Source: a virus
IMG/VR virus record: IMGVR_UViG_3300010399_000040
Span: 3,427 to 67,426 of that record
Length of the DNA: 64,000 nucleotides
Reading direction: 5' to 3' (one strand)
Shown: one piece after another, positions 33,041 to 42,269 of the stretch
How the letters are laid out: every line of letters begins with the position of its first letter
How positions within the stretch are numbered: the stretch's first letter is position 1
Translations under genes and position numbers: made by a program
The notes under the pieces: model-generated
Told to the model about the DNA's origin: nothing
Database searches by the model: none
The model's input: the letters and a program-made list of their open reading frames with translations, nothing else

Positions 33041-34872
33041 TGAAGCACGTACGCAACTACACGCCCGATCAAGCACGCGATGAGCACGGGAGGTGGACTT
33101 CCGGTGGTGGCGGAGGCTTCGCGAGCAGACCGAACCTCAAGTCGTTCACTGTCTTCCACGGCACCGCAGAGTCGCTCCTGTGCCGAAAGAAGCTCACCGT
33201 CAACCCGTTCGTCAGCGAAGCACAGCGCAAGGCTTGCTACGCAGGTGCGATGCCCGGCGTCGACTGCGACGAGTGGAATCGCAAGACGAAGGGCAAGCTG
33301 ATACGCAAGAAGCGTCACGTCAACAACGTCAGCACGCTGAAGTACGATCCTTCGCGCACGCTCCACCTCCGTCGCCAACTGTCTCTGGAGCTCAAACGAC
33401 GCTTCTCCAAGCTCCGAGGTAAGTTGCGCAAGCTTATCGTAGTCGACGACGCTTTCGGCCTCGTCGCGAACTGCGGCGGACCCGGAGGCAAACCTGGTCC
33501 ATGTCCGGAGGAAGGTCGTCTGCACTACCTCGTGGCGGGAATGAAGGCGAAGATACACGAGAAGTACGTGAAGCTTGAAGCGAGGTACGGTCCTAAGTTC
33601 GCGAAGGCTATCATCGGAGCGGCATTCGCGGGCCTGCCCATTCCTGTGCCCGGAGCGTCGATCCTGGCAGCAGCGCCGATGCTGGCGCTCGCTGAGCTCC
33701 ACCACCAGCTGACGCGCAACGCTGATTCGGCGATGATCGCGGGCATCGCTTTGCAGGCGGTCGACACCCGACGCGTGCTGATGCTCCAACGAAGCGACAC
33801 GAAGGAGTGGGAGTTCCCTGGCGGGCACGTCCAGACGGGCGAGACGATCGAGCAAGGTGCGATCCGCGAGTGGCAGGAGGAGACGGGGCTCAATTTCCGC
33901 GGCAAGCTCCTCCCCATGTGGCGGTGGACGACCCCGACGTACAACGGGCACTACGTCGGCATGCTGGCTGAGTGTCCGAGCGAGCTGACGTTCGGCGCTC
34001 TGCCAGCGGAGACTTCCGCGTTGAAGTGGGTGAAGCCGAGCGAGCTGAAGGACCTCGATTTGAGGCCGAGCGTGCGAGCGTCGCTACCGACTTTCCTCCC
34101 CATGCTGAGGATGGACGCAAGCGAGCGTGGGACGTTTGAGGATGCGCTCATTCGTGAGGAGGCGAGGGCTTTGCTGCAGTCGCTGACTGTCACTGTCAAC
34201 AAGACGTACGCGTTCGTGACGGATCCGGAGAAAGTTAGGCAGTTCCAGGCGTGGCTCAGGACTCAGATCAGCGTAGCCGGCCTCTCCGACGAGCAACTGT
34301 GGCGACGCTACGCCGCGGCTGGATTTCGGAAGGGCGCCGCACGTAGCTACGACGACGTATCTGCGAAGCAATTACGTGCGGAGAGCGAGGACTTTTACAA
34401 AGGCGGTCGAGCGCAGTTCTTGGAGTCATCGTTCAACCGACCCGAGACGGTCGACAAGGTGAAGCTTCTCGCCGGTCGCAGCTACTCCGACATGAAGGGA
34501 GTGACGGACGTGATGGCGACACGCATGTCTCGCAAACTCGTCGACGGGCTCGTGGAAGGAAAGAACCCGCGCGAGATCGGCGGCGACATCGACGACGAGC
34601 TTGATCTCGCGGAGGGCCGTGCGACCACCATCGCGCGGACGGAGATCGTCAGAGCTCACGCCGAGGGTCAGCTCGACTCCATGGAGCAACTCGGCGTGGA
34701 CGAGATCGGTGTCGAGGTCGAGTTCGCTACCGCTGACGACGGAGACGTCTGCGACGAGTGCGACGACCTCGAGGGCGACACTTACTCCGTCGACGATGCC
34801 CACGGTGTGATCCCAGTTCACCCCAACTGTAGATGCGCTTTCATCCCAACGGGGGACGCCCTGAAACTGTGA
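33037..34872 (+). CDS. MuF-like minor head protein with internal NUDIX domain
   Basis: NUDIX box GGHVQTGETIEQGAIREWQEETG; RATTIARTE...C..C...IPVHPNCRC. Confidence 0.85.
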   Translation: MMKHVRNYTPDQARDEHGRWTSGGGGGFASRPNLKSFTVFHGTAESLLCRKKLTVNPFVSEAQRKACYAGAMPGVDCDEWNRKTKGKLIRKKRHVNNVSTLKYDPSRTLHLRRQLSLELKRRFSKLRGKLRKLIVVDDAFGLVANCGGPGGKPGPCPEEGRLHYLVAGMKAKIHEKYVKLEARYGPKFAKAIIGAAFAGLPIPVPGASILAAAPMLALAELHHQLTRNADSAMIAGIALQAVDTRRVLMLQRSDTKEWEFPGGHVQTGETIEQGAIREWQEETGLNFRGKLLPMWRWTTPTYNGHYVGMLAECPSELTFGALPAETSALKWVKPSELKDLDLRPSVRASLPTFLPMLRMDASERGTFEDALIREEARALLQSLTVTVNKTYAFVTDPEKVRQFQAWLRTQISVAGLSDEQLWRRYAAAGFRKGAARSYDDVSAKQLRAESEDFYKGGRAQFLESSFNRPETVDKVKLLAGRSYSDMKGVTDVMATRMSRKLVDGLVEGKNPREIGGDIDDELDLAEGRATTIARTEIVRAHAEGQLDSMEQLGVDEIGVEVEFATADDGDVCDECDDLEGDTYSVDDAHGVIPVHPNCRCAFIPTGDALKL

Positions 34873-35084
34873 CGCCCACAGAGCAACGCATCCTGTCTAT
34901 GCTCGAGGCGCGGCCGTGCACCGCTGCCGACTTGCATCGCTGCTTACCCGACGAGCTGACGAGCGTTGCAGCAGTGAAGATGCACGTGAGCAACCTTCGC
35001 AAGCGGTTGAGCCTGCGCGGTGGCGACGTGGTGTGCCGCAGCGGGACGTACATCCTCGTGCGTATGCTGTGCGACGACAGCTGA
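34869..35084 (+). CDS. small OmpR/PhoB-type winged-helix protein
   Basis: TPTEQRIL.ML...AVKMHVSNLRKRL. Confidence 0.65.
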   Translation: MTPTEQRILSMLEARPCTAADLHRCLPDELTSVAAVKMHVSNLRKRLSLRGGDVVCRSGTYILVRMLCDDS

Positions 35085-35151
35085 ATCTTTACCTTGTTAG
35101 ACGTGAGTACGAGCCTCTTCACTCCAGGTCTATTCTCGATAGAATGCCGTC

Positions 35152-36846
35152 ATCGAGACAATATCTCTAAACTCCGTCGGCAGAGCACGACGGGAGACGC
35201 TCAACGGACGAGAGTACTTCGTGGCGCCTATGACCACGATAGTGCCTGGCGTGCTCAACGGCTCGCAGGGTCCTTTGCACTACGAACCTGAGGAGATCGC
35301 GAAGGCAGTCAAAGCGTGGGACCAAGTCGACATCTGCGTCAACCATCCTTACGATGAGCTAGGCAATCCCATCTCCGTGAAGCATCCGAGCGCACGGAAG
35401 AACGTGATCGGCTTCCTCCGGAACTCTCGCTTCGAGGGCAAACTCCAGCACGAGGGCTGGTTCGACGTCGAGAACACGAAGCGAGTCGACCACCGGGTGT
35501 ACAACGCCCTGGAGCGCGGTGAACCGATGGAGCTCTCCACGGGACTCCACACCGACAATGTGGACGAGGATGGTAAGTCTTACGCCCGCAACCATCGCCC
35601 TGACCACCTCGCGGTCCTTCCTGACCACAGGGGCGCTTGCTCCATCGACGACGGTTGCGGAGTCCTCGTCAACGTGGAGAAGCGAGGCATCTGGGAGAAG
35701 CTGAAAACGCTGCTCGGCATCGCTGACAACTCCCTCGGACGAGGCAACCACGGTTACGCGAAACTCAAAGCGCACGCGGAGTCCCTGTCTGCGTCGGCGA
35801 GCACCGCCGACGAGCACAAGGCAGCCGGTGATGCACACATGGAGGCTTCGCAGGAAGCTGCCCAACCGAAAGCGACGGGTGGCGAGACGAATTACAGCGC
35901 CTCAGGTGCTCACAAAGTGAAGGCGCAGGAACACTACGACAAGGCGGCCGCCATGACTAACAACGCGATGACGGAAGCTTACAAGACCGATGCGGAGAAC
36001 GCCCGCGGAGCGTCGCAGAAGGCTGAGAAGGCTTCCGACGCTGGCGACCACTCGAAGGCTGCCGACGCTCATTACGATGCTGCAGTTGCTCAGCGTAAAG
36101 CTGCCTCCCACGACAACGAGCATGCGCAGACGCACATGGAAGCGGCCTCGCAGCACTCGAGCAAGGGCGACGACCACTACATGCAATCCGTCGGGCTCAC
36201 CCGCAATAACTCCAAGGGAGGTTCCACCATGACCGCTGCTGAGAGGAAGTCCACGGTGGCCTTCCTGACGACCAACTGCAAGTGCGAGGAACCGTCGCTC
36301 AATAAGTTGAGTGACGAACGGTTGCTCGCGCTGAAGGTGGCCCACGAGTCGCACGCGAAGCGCGTGAAGAAGCTTCTGGCGAACGTGAGCGACGACGAGG
36401 ACGATGAAGACGATGAAGACGACTCCGAGATGGAGGAGGAGAACCGCCGGCGCATGAAGGGCAAGAAGACCAACAACCTGTCTGCAGACGACAACGAAGC
36501 CCTTCAGCTCGCTCGCGAACTTCGCGACGGAGAGAAGCGTCAACTCATCGAGAGGCTCGTCGCCAACGTCAAAGACAAGGACCTCCGCGAAGCGAAGGTA
36601 GCGAAGTACAACGGGAAGACGGTCGCCCAGCTCCGGGAGTTCGCGGAGCTCCTCCCGGAGCCCGCCCGCAACACCGATCCGCGGTACATCGGCGCGGTCG
36701 GTGGCCCAGCGTCCATGGCGGCTCCTGTCGCCAACTTCGACAAGAGCGACGACCTGCTCGACCTGCCGACGTTCAATCTGGACATCGACGACGAGACGGG
36801 GGAACCGACTAGCGCCGCGGCGACCGCCGCAGGGGGTGACAAGTGA
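35152..36846 (+). CDS. prohead protease/scaffold (DUF2213-like) with His/Ala-rich insert
   Basis: RETLNGREYFVAP, GVLNG, NHP, ELSTG, PDHLAVLP..GACS..DGCG; acidic scaffold C-terminus (track start 35221). Confidence 0.8.
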   Translation: METISLNSVGRARRETLNGREYFVAPMTTIVPGVLNGSQGPLHYEPEEIAKAVKAWDQVDICVNHPYDELGNPISVKHPSARKNVIGFLRNSRFEGKLQHEGWFDVENTKRVDHRVYNALERGEPMELSTGLHTDNVDEDGKSYARNHRPDHLAVLPDHRGACSIDDGCGVLVNVEKRGIWEKLKTLLGIADNSLGRGNHGYAKLKAHAESLSASASTADEHKAAGDAHMEASQEAAQPKATGGETNYSASGAHKVKAQEHYDKAAAMTNNAMTEAYKTDAENARGASQKAEKASDAGDHSKAADAHYDAAVAQRKAASHDNEHAQTHMEAASQHSSKGDDHYMQSVGLTRNNSKGGSTMTAAERKSTVAFLTTNCKCEEPSLNKLSDERLLALKVAHESHAKRVKKLLANVSDDEDDEDDEDDSEMEEENRRRMKGKKTNNLSADDNEALQLARELRDGEKRQLIERLVANVKDKDLREAKVAKYNGKTVAQLREFAELLPEPARNTDPRYIGAVGGPASMAAPVANFDKSDDLLDLPTFNLDIDDETGEPTSAAATAAGGDK

Positions 36847-37340
36847 AGGGCAATGAGATACTCCTCTCGTTCACTGGCGGCGAAGGCCGTCAGCGGATCG
36901 AAGGCGTAATCTCCGGCACGCCGAAGCCGGGGACTATCATGGAGCTCGTCCCTGCGACAGCTCCAATCGGTGGGCGCTTCACGTACCGCGTGTGGCAACC
37001 GGGCACCGGTGACGGCACCCCCGGTGCGATGTACATCCTCGACACCGACCCCGACCAGGGTAAGCTCTTCAGCGACGCGTACGTCAGTGGCACGCGCGGA
37101 TTCTTGCATCAGCTCCTGCCAGGCGACGAGGTCAACGTCCGCAAAGCAGACATCTCCGGTACCGGTTCTGCGACCGAAGACGTCGCGATCGGCGACAAGT
37201 TCTACGTCGTCGACGGCACGGGCATGATCAGCAAAGTCGCTGTGGGCATACTCAACGCCAGCGCTGTCCAAAAGTTCCAATCCCAAGAGGCCTTCGTGGA
37301 TCAGGCGGCGGAGACGCTCGTCTGGTGCCGAGTGATCTAA
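36843..37340 (+). CDS. head decoration protein (probable)
   Basis: position between scaffold and capsid; beta-rich. Confidence 0.6.
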   Translation: MKGNEILLSFTGGEGRQRIEGVISGTPKPGTIMELVPATAPIGGRFTYRVWQPGTGDGTPGAMYILDTDPDQGKLFSDAYVSGTRGFLHQLLPGDEVNVRKADISGTGSATEDVAIGDKFYVVDGTGMISKVAVGILNASAVQKFQSQEAFVDQAAETLVWCRVI

Positions 37341-37350
37341 GGAGACCACC

Positions 37351-38664
37351 TTGTTCGTCGACAACTACATTCCGCTGCCGCGCGAGGCTGGCGTCCAGAG
37401 CGACGCCGCGCCTCTCTCGCTCAACATGTTCGCGGGTCGTTCGTTCGACCCGGGCCTCCGCCGACCGTACTACGACAAGTACGACCGGCCTTGCGTCACT
37501 GTGAACACAGGGCGCTGGACGGTCGAGAAGGGCGTGCGTCGTCCGATCCGCGAACGTCGTCTCCTCCGCGACATGATCCTGGAGGGCGTCGTTCCTCCTG
37601 TGTTCAACGCGACGGCGCTCCGTAAGGAGGAGTGGATCGAGCTCGACAAGAAAGTGGTGCGTGCGACGCGCTACCGACTCCGCGCGGTGGGTGACCTCCA
37701 GGCGGCGTCGAGCTACGGTGGGTTCAACGGCATGGGCAAGATGCTCCTTGAGCACGAGACTATGTCGGACCCGGGCGAAGCGATCGTCGACATGGACGGC
37801 ATGACTCAGGGTCGGAACGACTCTCCGAAGTTCCAACTCGAAGGTCTGCCGTTGCCTATCACTCACGCGGACTTCTTCTACGACGCGCGGCGATTGGCCA
37901 TCAGTCGGAACACCGGCACTCCGCTCGACATGACGACGAGCGAAGCTGGCGGACGTCGCATCGGTGAGATGCTGGAGAAGACGCTCATCGGAGTCAACAC
38001 CGGCATCACGTACGGTGGTAACTCGACGCAGATTGGCGGCTACGGCCGCACGTCGGCGGTGTACGGATACACCAACTTCCCGACGCGCATCGTGAAGAAC
38101 AATCTCACGCAGCCGACTGGTTCCAACGCCAGTTCGACGCTCGCTGACGTCCTTGCGATGCGCGATTCGATGTACGCAGCGAAGTTCTTCGGCCCGTTCA
38201 TGCTGTACCACAGCAACGACTGGGACCAGTACCTCGACAACGATTACATCTTGTCGGGAGGAAACGTCGCGACTCAGACGCTCCGCAACCGTCTACGGAG
38301 CATCGGTGGGGCGGCTGACGGAAAGGGTGACGGCATACAGGACGTGCGCCGTCTCGACTTCCTGTTCGGCACCGCTCCGCAGACTAACCCATACTACACC
38401 TCCTCGACGGTCGGGACGACCGGCATCGCGGTGTACAAGGGACCCGGTGGCGACGTCGACGCTTCGCTCAAGCCGTTCACGATGATCCTTGTACAGATGA
38501 CGGAGGAAGTCGCGCGGTGGGTGAACGGCATGGACATCACCACTCTGCAGTGGGAGTCCATGGGTGGGATGCGCGTGAACTTCAAGATCATGTGCATCCA
38601 GGTCCCGCAGCTCCGCGCTGACTTCTACGGTAACTGCGGCATCCTCCACGCCACCACGAGCTGA
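37351..38664 (+). CDS. major capsid protein (HK97 fold, encapsulin/linocin-like)
   Basis: LRKEEWIELDKKVV, LPLPITHADF..DARRLA.SR..GTPLD. Confidence 0.85.
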   Translation: MFVDNYIPLPREAGVQSDAAPLSLNMFAGRSFDPGLRRPYYDKYDRPCVTVNTGRWTVEKGVRRPIRERRLLRDMILEGVVPPVFNATALRKEEWIELDKKVVRATRYRLRAVGDLQAASSYGGFNGMGKMLLEHETMSDPGEAIVDMDGMTQGRNDSPKFQLEGLPLPITHADFFYDARRLAISRNTGTPLDMTTSEAGGRRIGEMLEKTLIGVNTGITYGGNSTQIGGYGRTSAVYGYTNFPTRIVKNNLTQPTGSNASSTLADVLAMRDSMYAAKFFGPFMLYHSNDWDQYLDNDYILSGGNVATQTLRNRLRSIGGAADGKGDGIQDVRRLDFLFGTAPQTNPYYTSSTVGTTGIAVYKGPGGDVDASLKPFTMILVQMTEEVARWVNGMDITTLQWESMGGMRVNFKIMCIQVPQLRADFYGNCGILHATTS

Positions 38665-38689
38665 ATCACCTTTCGCCCGGAGTACTCCG

Positions 38690-38866
38690 ATGTCGAAAGG
38701 CCTCATATTCTGGTTGCTGATGCTGCTGTGGTTCCTGTTCGGCATTTACTGGGCTTGGCCTGAGCTCCGGATCGGCAGCTACGGGTTGGCAGGTAGCAAC
38801 TTAGTGCTGTTCATCCTTCTGGTGCTACTTGGTTGGCGGACTTACGGTCCGCCAGTCAAAGACTGA
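38690..38866 (+). CDS. small 2-TM membrane protein (holin candidate)
   Basis: manual translation MSKGLIFWLLMLLWFLFGIYWAW...LVLFILLVLLGW; GGAG RBS. Confidence 0.6.
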   Translation: MSKGLIFWLLMLLWFLFGIYWAWPELRIGSYGLAGSNLVLFILLVLLGWRTYGPPVKD

Positions 38867-38884
38867 CTTCACGGAGGAGCGATT

Positions 38885-39301
38885 TTGGAGCTCTCACCAA
38901 AGTCGGCGTTGATCGGTGTAGTAGTCATCATTACGGTCGCAGTATTCGGCGCAGTGGAATCGCCCACCAACGCTACGCAGATATTCGGCTTCTGTACGAT
39001 GGCGGTACTGACGTTGCTAGGCATCGTCAACCAACAACGCTTAAGCAAGAAAGCTGACAACCTCGACAGGAAAGTCGACCAGAACACCCAGCTCACTGTC
39101 GAAGCGAAGCAGGAGGCGAAAGCAGCCAAGCAAGCCTTGGCTATCTCGGACGCCGACAAGAGCAAGAAGTTCGACGAGCTGAAGAAGGCTGTCGACACCG
39201 TCGTCAAGCAGACGAACGGTCCGCTGACTGAGCAGCTCCACGACATCAAGGCGACCGTGGAGGAAGTCAAGCAGAAACTACCTGATCCTCCCGCCCCGTA
39301 G
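38885..39301 (+). CDS. 2-TM plus coiled-coil protein (lysis module candidate)
   Basis: two hydrophobic helices then coiled coil; GGAGGAG RBS. Confidence 0.55.
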   Translation: MELSPKSALIGVVVIITVAVFGAVESPTNATQIFGFCTMAVLTLLGIVNQQRLSKKADNLDRKVDQNTQLTVEAKQEAKAAKQALAISDADKSKKFDELKKAVDTVVKQTNGPLTEQLHDIKATVEEVKQKLPDPPAP

Positions 39302-39383
39302 ACGGTGTTTGCTTTTTCGGGGAAGCCGACTCTCCTACGTGGGCGGAGAGGGCTTCCCCGCCTCAACCCGAAGAGGTATCCGA

Positions 39384-40208
39384 ATGCGTCACGTTCTACT
39401 CATGTGCCTGCTGGCGGTCCAACCGCCTGCTCCGCCGATTCCAGGATTGAAGTTCCTGGACGTCGTACCAGTCAACCCTCCGAGCCCTAAGCCGCCTGCC
39501 CCGCCGGACCCGTCCGTCGTTCCGACGCTCACGTCCGATCAGCTCTACATACCGATCACGTCAGACCAGCCGTTCCTCCTGGTGGCGTCGCCTTCGGGCG
39601 TCGTCTCCATCACCAAGGAGGCGGGGCCGATGCGGGTGCGGGCGAAGTTCAGCGACGGGAACGGCAAGTCGGAGACTCGCAACATCACTGCGAAGTACTT
39701 CGCGACGGTGGAGGCTGTGAGTACCGGCACCGTGGAGCTGATCGCGGTACCTGTAGGCGCGACGGACGAATCTGCGATCATCCGCAAGACGATCAACGTC
39801 AACGCGGGGCAGGCTCCCCAACCTCCGCCACCGCCGAAACCCGTCGACCCTGCAGTGCCGAAGGCTTCGAAGCTGAAAGTGCTCATCATCGAAGAGACGG
39901 GCGACCGGACGAAGTTACCGAAGACGCAGTTGAATGTGCTCTTCAGCAAGACGCTGAGGGACTACCTCGACACAGTGACTCCTGTAGGTAGCGACGGTAA
40001 GACTCACGAGTGGCGCATCTGGGACAAGGACAGCGACGCATCGAGCGAACCCGCTTTCTGGCAGGGGGCGATGAAGCTAGCGGGGTCGACTCCTTGGATA
40101 GTGGTCGGCGACGCTGACACCGACAAAGTGCTGCTGAGTCAGAAGCTCCCACTCACTGTCGCTGACACCCAAGCCCTCCTCGCTACCACCCTGACTGGAG
40201 GGAAGTGA
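39384..40208 (+). CDS. secreted proline-rich protein
   Basis: signal-like MRHVLLMCLLA, Pro-rich linkers. Confidence 0.6.
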   Translation: MRHVLLMCLLAVQPPAPPIPGLKFLDVVPVNPPSPKPPAPPDPSVVPTLTSDQLYIPITSDQPFLLVASPSGVVSITKEAGPMRVRAKFSDGNGKSETRNITAKYFATVEAVSTGTVELIAVPVGATDESAIIRKTINVNAGQAPQPPPPPKPVDPAVPKASKLKVLIIEETGDRTKLPKTQLNVLFSKTLRDYLDTVTPVGSDGKTHEWRIWDKDSDASSEPAFWQGAMKLAGSTPWIVVGDADTDKVLLSQKLPLTVADTQALLATTLTGGK

Positions 40209-41119
40209 ACATGCTAAGCGAGAACGAACTCATCATCGACGAACTGACGCCGGAAGAAGTCCACGAAGCTCCCGACGGTCGGAAAAAAGGGCTCATCCCG
40301 CGCGACTACGAGGCGCATCCGCGAGGCTTCTACGCCAGCGTGGCAGCGGTGGACGTGCCGCTCATCGACAGGTCGGAGTGGCCCGAGCGGATCGCAGACA
40401 AAGTCGCGAACGAATCTCGGCTCAGCGATATCCGACTGCGAGGCAATGGTGGGCAGATGATCCCGTCGCGAGACCAGGACGGCAAGGGTTACTGCTGGGC
40501 TCATAGCTCCACCGCCGCAGTTATAATCCTGCGGGCGCTGCAGAACCTTCCGTACTCGTCGCTCAGCGCCTATGCGGTGGCTTGCATCATCAAGAACTTC
40601 CGTGACGAAGGCGGATGGGGTGCTCAGTCCCTCGACTTCATCACGCAGCGAGGAGTACCCGACGAGAAGTACTGGCCTCAGCAATCCATGTCTCGCGCGA
40701 ATGACAACCCTCAGACGTGGAAGAACGCTGCTTTCCACAAGGTGACGGAAGGTTGGATCGACCTCGCTGTCGCGCAGTACGACCGGAAGTTATCCTTCGA
40801 CCAGGAAATAACTCTCTTGTTGAGCGACGTCCCCGTCGTGAAGGACGAGAACTGGTGGGGACACTCGATCCTTGGGCTCGACGCCGTCGACGGGAACGCA
40901 CTGAAAGACACGATGCGCGCAGAGAGTGGTAAACTCATGGCTCCCGCTGAGTTCGCAGAGCGGTGGGGCATGGACGGCGTCACTGGTGGCATCGGAGTGC
41001 GCATCTGGAACAGCTGGGGAGACAGTTGGTCCGACCGTGGCATGGGCGTCCTCACGGGGAGCAAGGCGGTGTCCGACGGCGCCGTCGCTCCCCGCATGGC
41101 GACCATCTCGGAGGTGTGA
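40205..41119 (+). CDS. papain-like (C1) cysteine peptidase
   Basis: DQDGKGYCWAHS, GHSI, WNSWG. Confidence 0.85.
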   Translation: MNMLSENELIIDELTPEEVHEAPDGRKKGLIPRDYEAHPRGFYASVAAVDVPLIDRSEWPERIADKVANESRLSDIRLRGNGGQMIPSRDQDGKGYCWAHSSTAAVIILRALQNLPYSSLSAYAVACIIKNFRDEGGWGAQSLDFITQRGVPDEKYWPQQSMSRANDNPQTWKNAAFHKVTEGWIDLAVAQYDRKLSFDQEITLLLSDVPVVKDENWWGHSILGLDAVDGNALKDTMRAESGKLMAPAEFAERWGMDGVTGGIGVRIWNSWGDSWSDRGMGVLTGSKAVSDGAVAPRMATISEV

Positions 41120-41433
41120 ACGTGCGATCGCTCCTTATCACACTGTGTCTGGCGTCAATCGGAGCGTTGCCACAAGCTCCGAAGTTACCGCAGGCGCCCA
41201 CTTCTACCGTGTGCGACTGCGAGGCTACGCGCCGGTGCGCGTGTTGGGACACCCAGTGCGTGTGCAGCGCTTGCAAAACTATTGTCCCTGCTCTGCGTTA
41301 CAACGCTGACCACACGTGCCCGAACTGCCGATACACTTCGCCGCCGGGGCAAGGCACGTGGGTCGTCAAGCGATTCACTGCCGGCGGCCACGTACACTCC
41401 TGTCCTAACTGTGGGACTGAGTGGTTCCACTGA
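41116..41433 (+). CDS. small Cys-rich secreted protein
   Basis: signal-like N-terminus, multiple CxC/CxxC. Confidence 0.55.
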   Translation: MNVRSLLITLCLASIGALPQAPKLPQAPTSTVCDCEATRRCACWDTQCVCSACKTIVPALRYNADHTCPNCRYTSPPGQGTWVVKRFTAGGHVHSCPNCGTEWFH

Positions 41434-41447
41434 CCCGAGGTGAACCG

Positions 41448-41741
41448 ATGTCTCTGCTGACTGACCTGCTGAAGCTTGAGCAAGCGATCACTGCGAGCCC
41501 TCGCAGCGCGAAGGATATCTGGGCGGCGTTGAAGGTGGTCGGCGACGACTTCCTCGGCGGAACGGCTCCGCTGACTTTCGCGGCGCAAGCTGGCGCCCAA
41601 GAGGACGACTGCCGAGCGTGCGTCGAGCGCATCCGCGAGGCGTGCGCGCCACGCGCCGGCGAGGCGTCGCTCGGCGACGGTAAGATTCTGCAAGCAGTGA
41701 TGCAGATTCTTCCGATCATCCTCTCACTGTTCGGATTGTGA
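41448..41741 (+). CDS. hypothetical protein with C-terminal hydrophobic helix
   Basis: GAGGTG RBS. Confidence 0.55.
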   Translation: MSLLTDLLKLEQAITASPRSAKDIWAALKVVGDDFLGGTAPLTFAAQAGAQEDDCRACVERIREACAPRAGEASLGDGKILQAVMQILPIILSLFGL

Positions 41742-41742
41742 C

Positions 41743-42015
41743 ATGAAGAAGCGATACCGCCTCCTCTTCGGGATGTTCCAGACTACCATGGACATCAACG
41801 GAGTGCCGACGGAGTGCACCTTTAAGGCGGGCGACGAGTTCGAGACGGAAGCCGACCTGCTGTCGTTCAACGGGAAAGGTGGCATGACGCCGAAGTTCCA
41901 GTTGATCGACAGCACGGTGATCGACGAGAACTTGGAACTTCGAGCGGAGATCGCTCGGTTGAAGGCTGAGCTCATGGAAGCCCGCGAAGGCGTCCCCGTT
42001 GGAGCAGAATCGTGA
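41743..42015 (+). CDS. hypothetical protein
   Basis: coupled ORF. Confidence 0.5.
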   Translation: MKKRYRLLFGMFQTTMDINGVPTECTFKAGDEFETEADLLSFNGKGGMTPKFQLIDSTVIDENLELRAEIARLKAELMEAREGVPVGAES

Positions 42016-42269
42016 AGATCGCTCTGCACGAAATCCGCGACGGTCAGGAGCACGAGGTGCTGAAGAGCCCTCACGTGCTCGTGGCTACCGACGGGACTGA
42101 GTACCCGATCGTCGAAGCGAGGGTCGGAGTTCCTTTCGACACTCGCTTCCCCGCAGTCCACTGCAAAGTGACAATCGACGGCAAACCGGCTCAGCTCTCC
42201 GATCTGCATCAGGGTCTGGAGTGCGAACTGACGATCGTCGACGGTAAAGTGCTGGAGGTGACGGCGTGA
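42012..42269 (+). CDS. hypothetical protein
   Basis: coupled ORF. Confidence 0.5.
   Translation: MKIALHEIRDGQEHEVLKSPHVLVATDGTEYPIVEARVGVPFDTRFPAVHCKVTIDGKPAQLSDLHQGLECELTIVDGKVLEVTA

Noticed and set aside
37351-38664. Encapsulin nanocompartment or bacteriocin
   Set aside because: Sits in a complete head operon with terminase, portal and protease, so it is the phage capsid
39319-39359. Hairpin GGGAAGCC..CTCTCC/GGAGAG..GGCTTCCC as a terminator or ribozyme
   Set aside because: The T-run precedes the hairpin instead of following it, and there is no catalytic core; function unsupported
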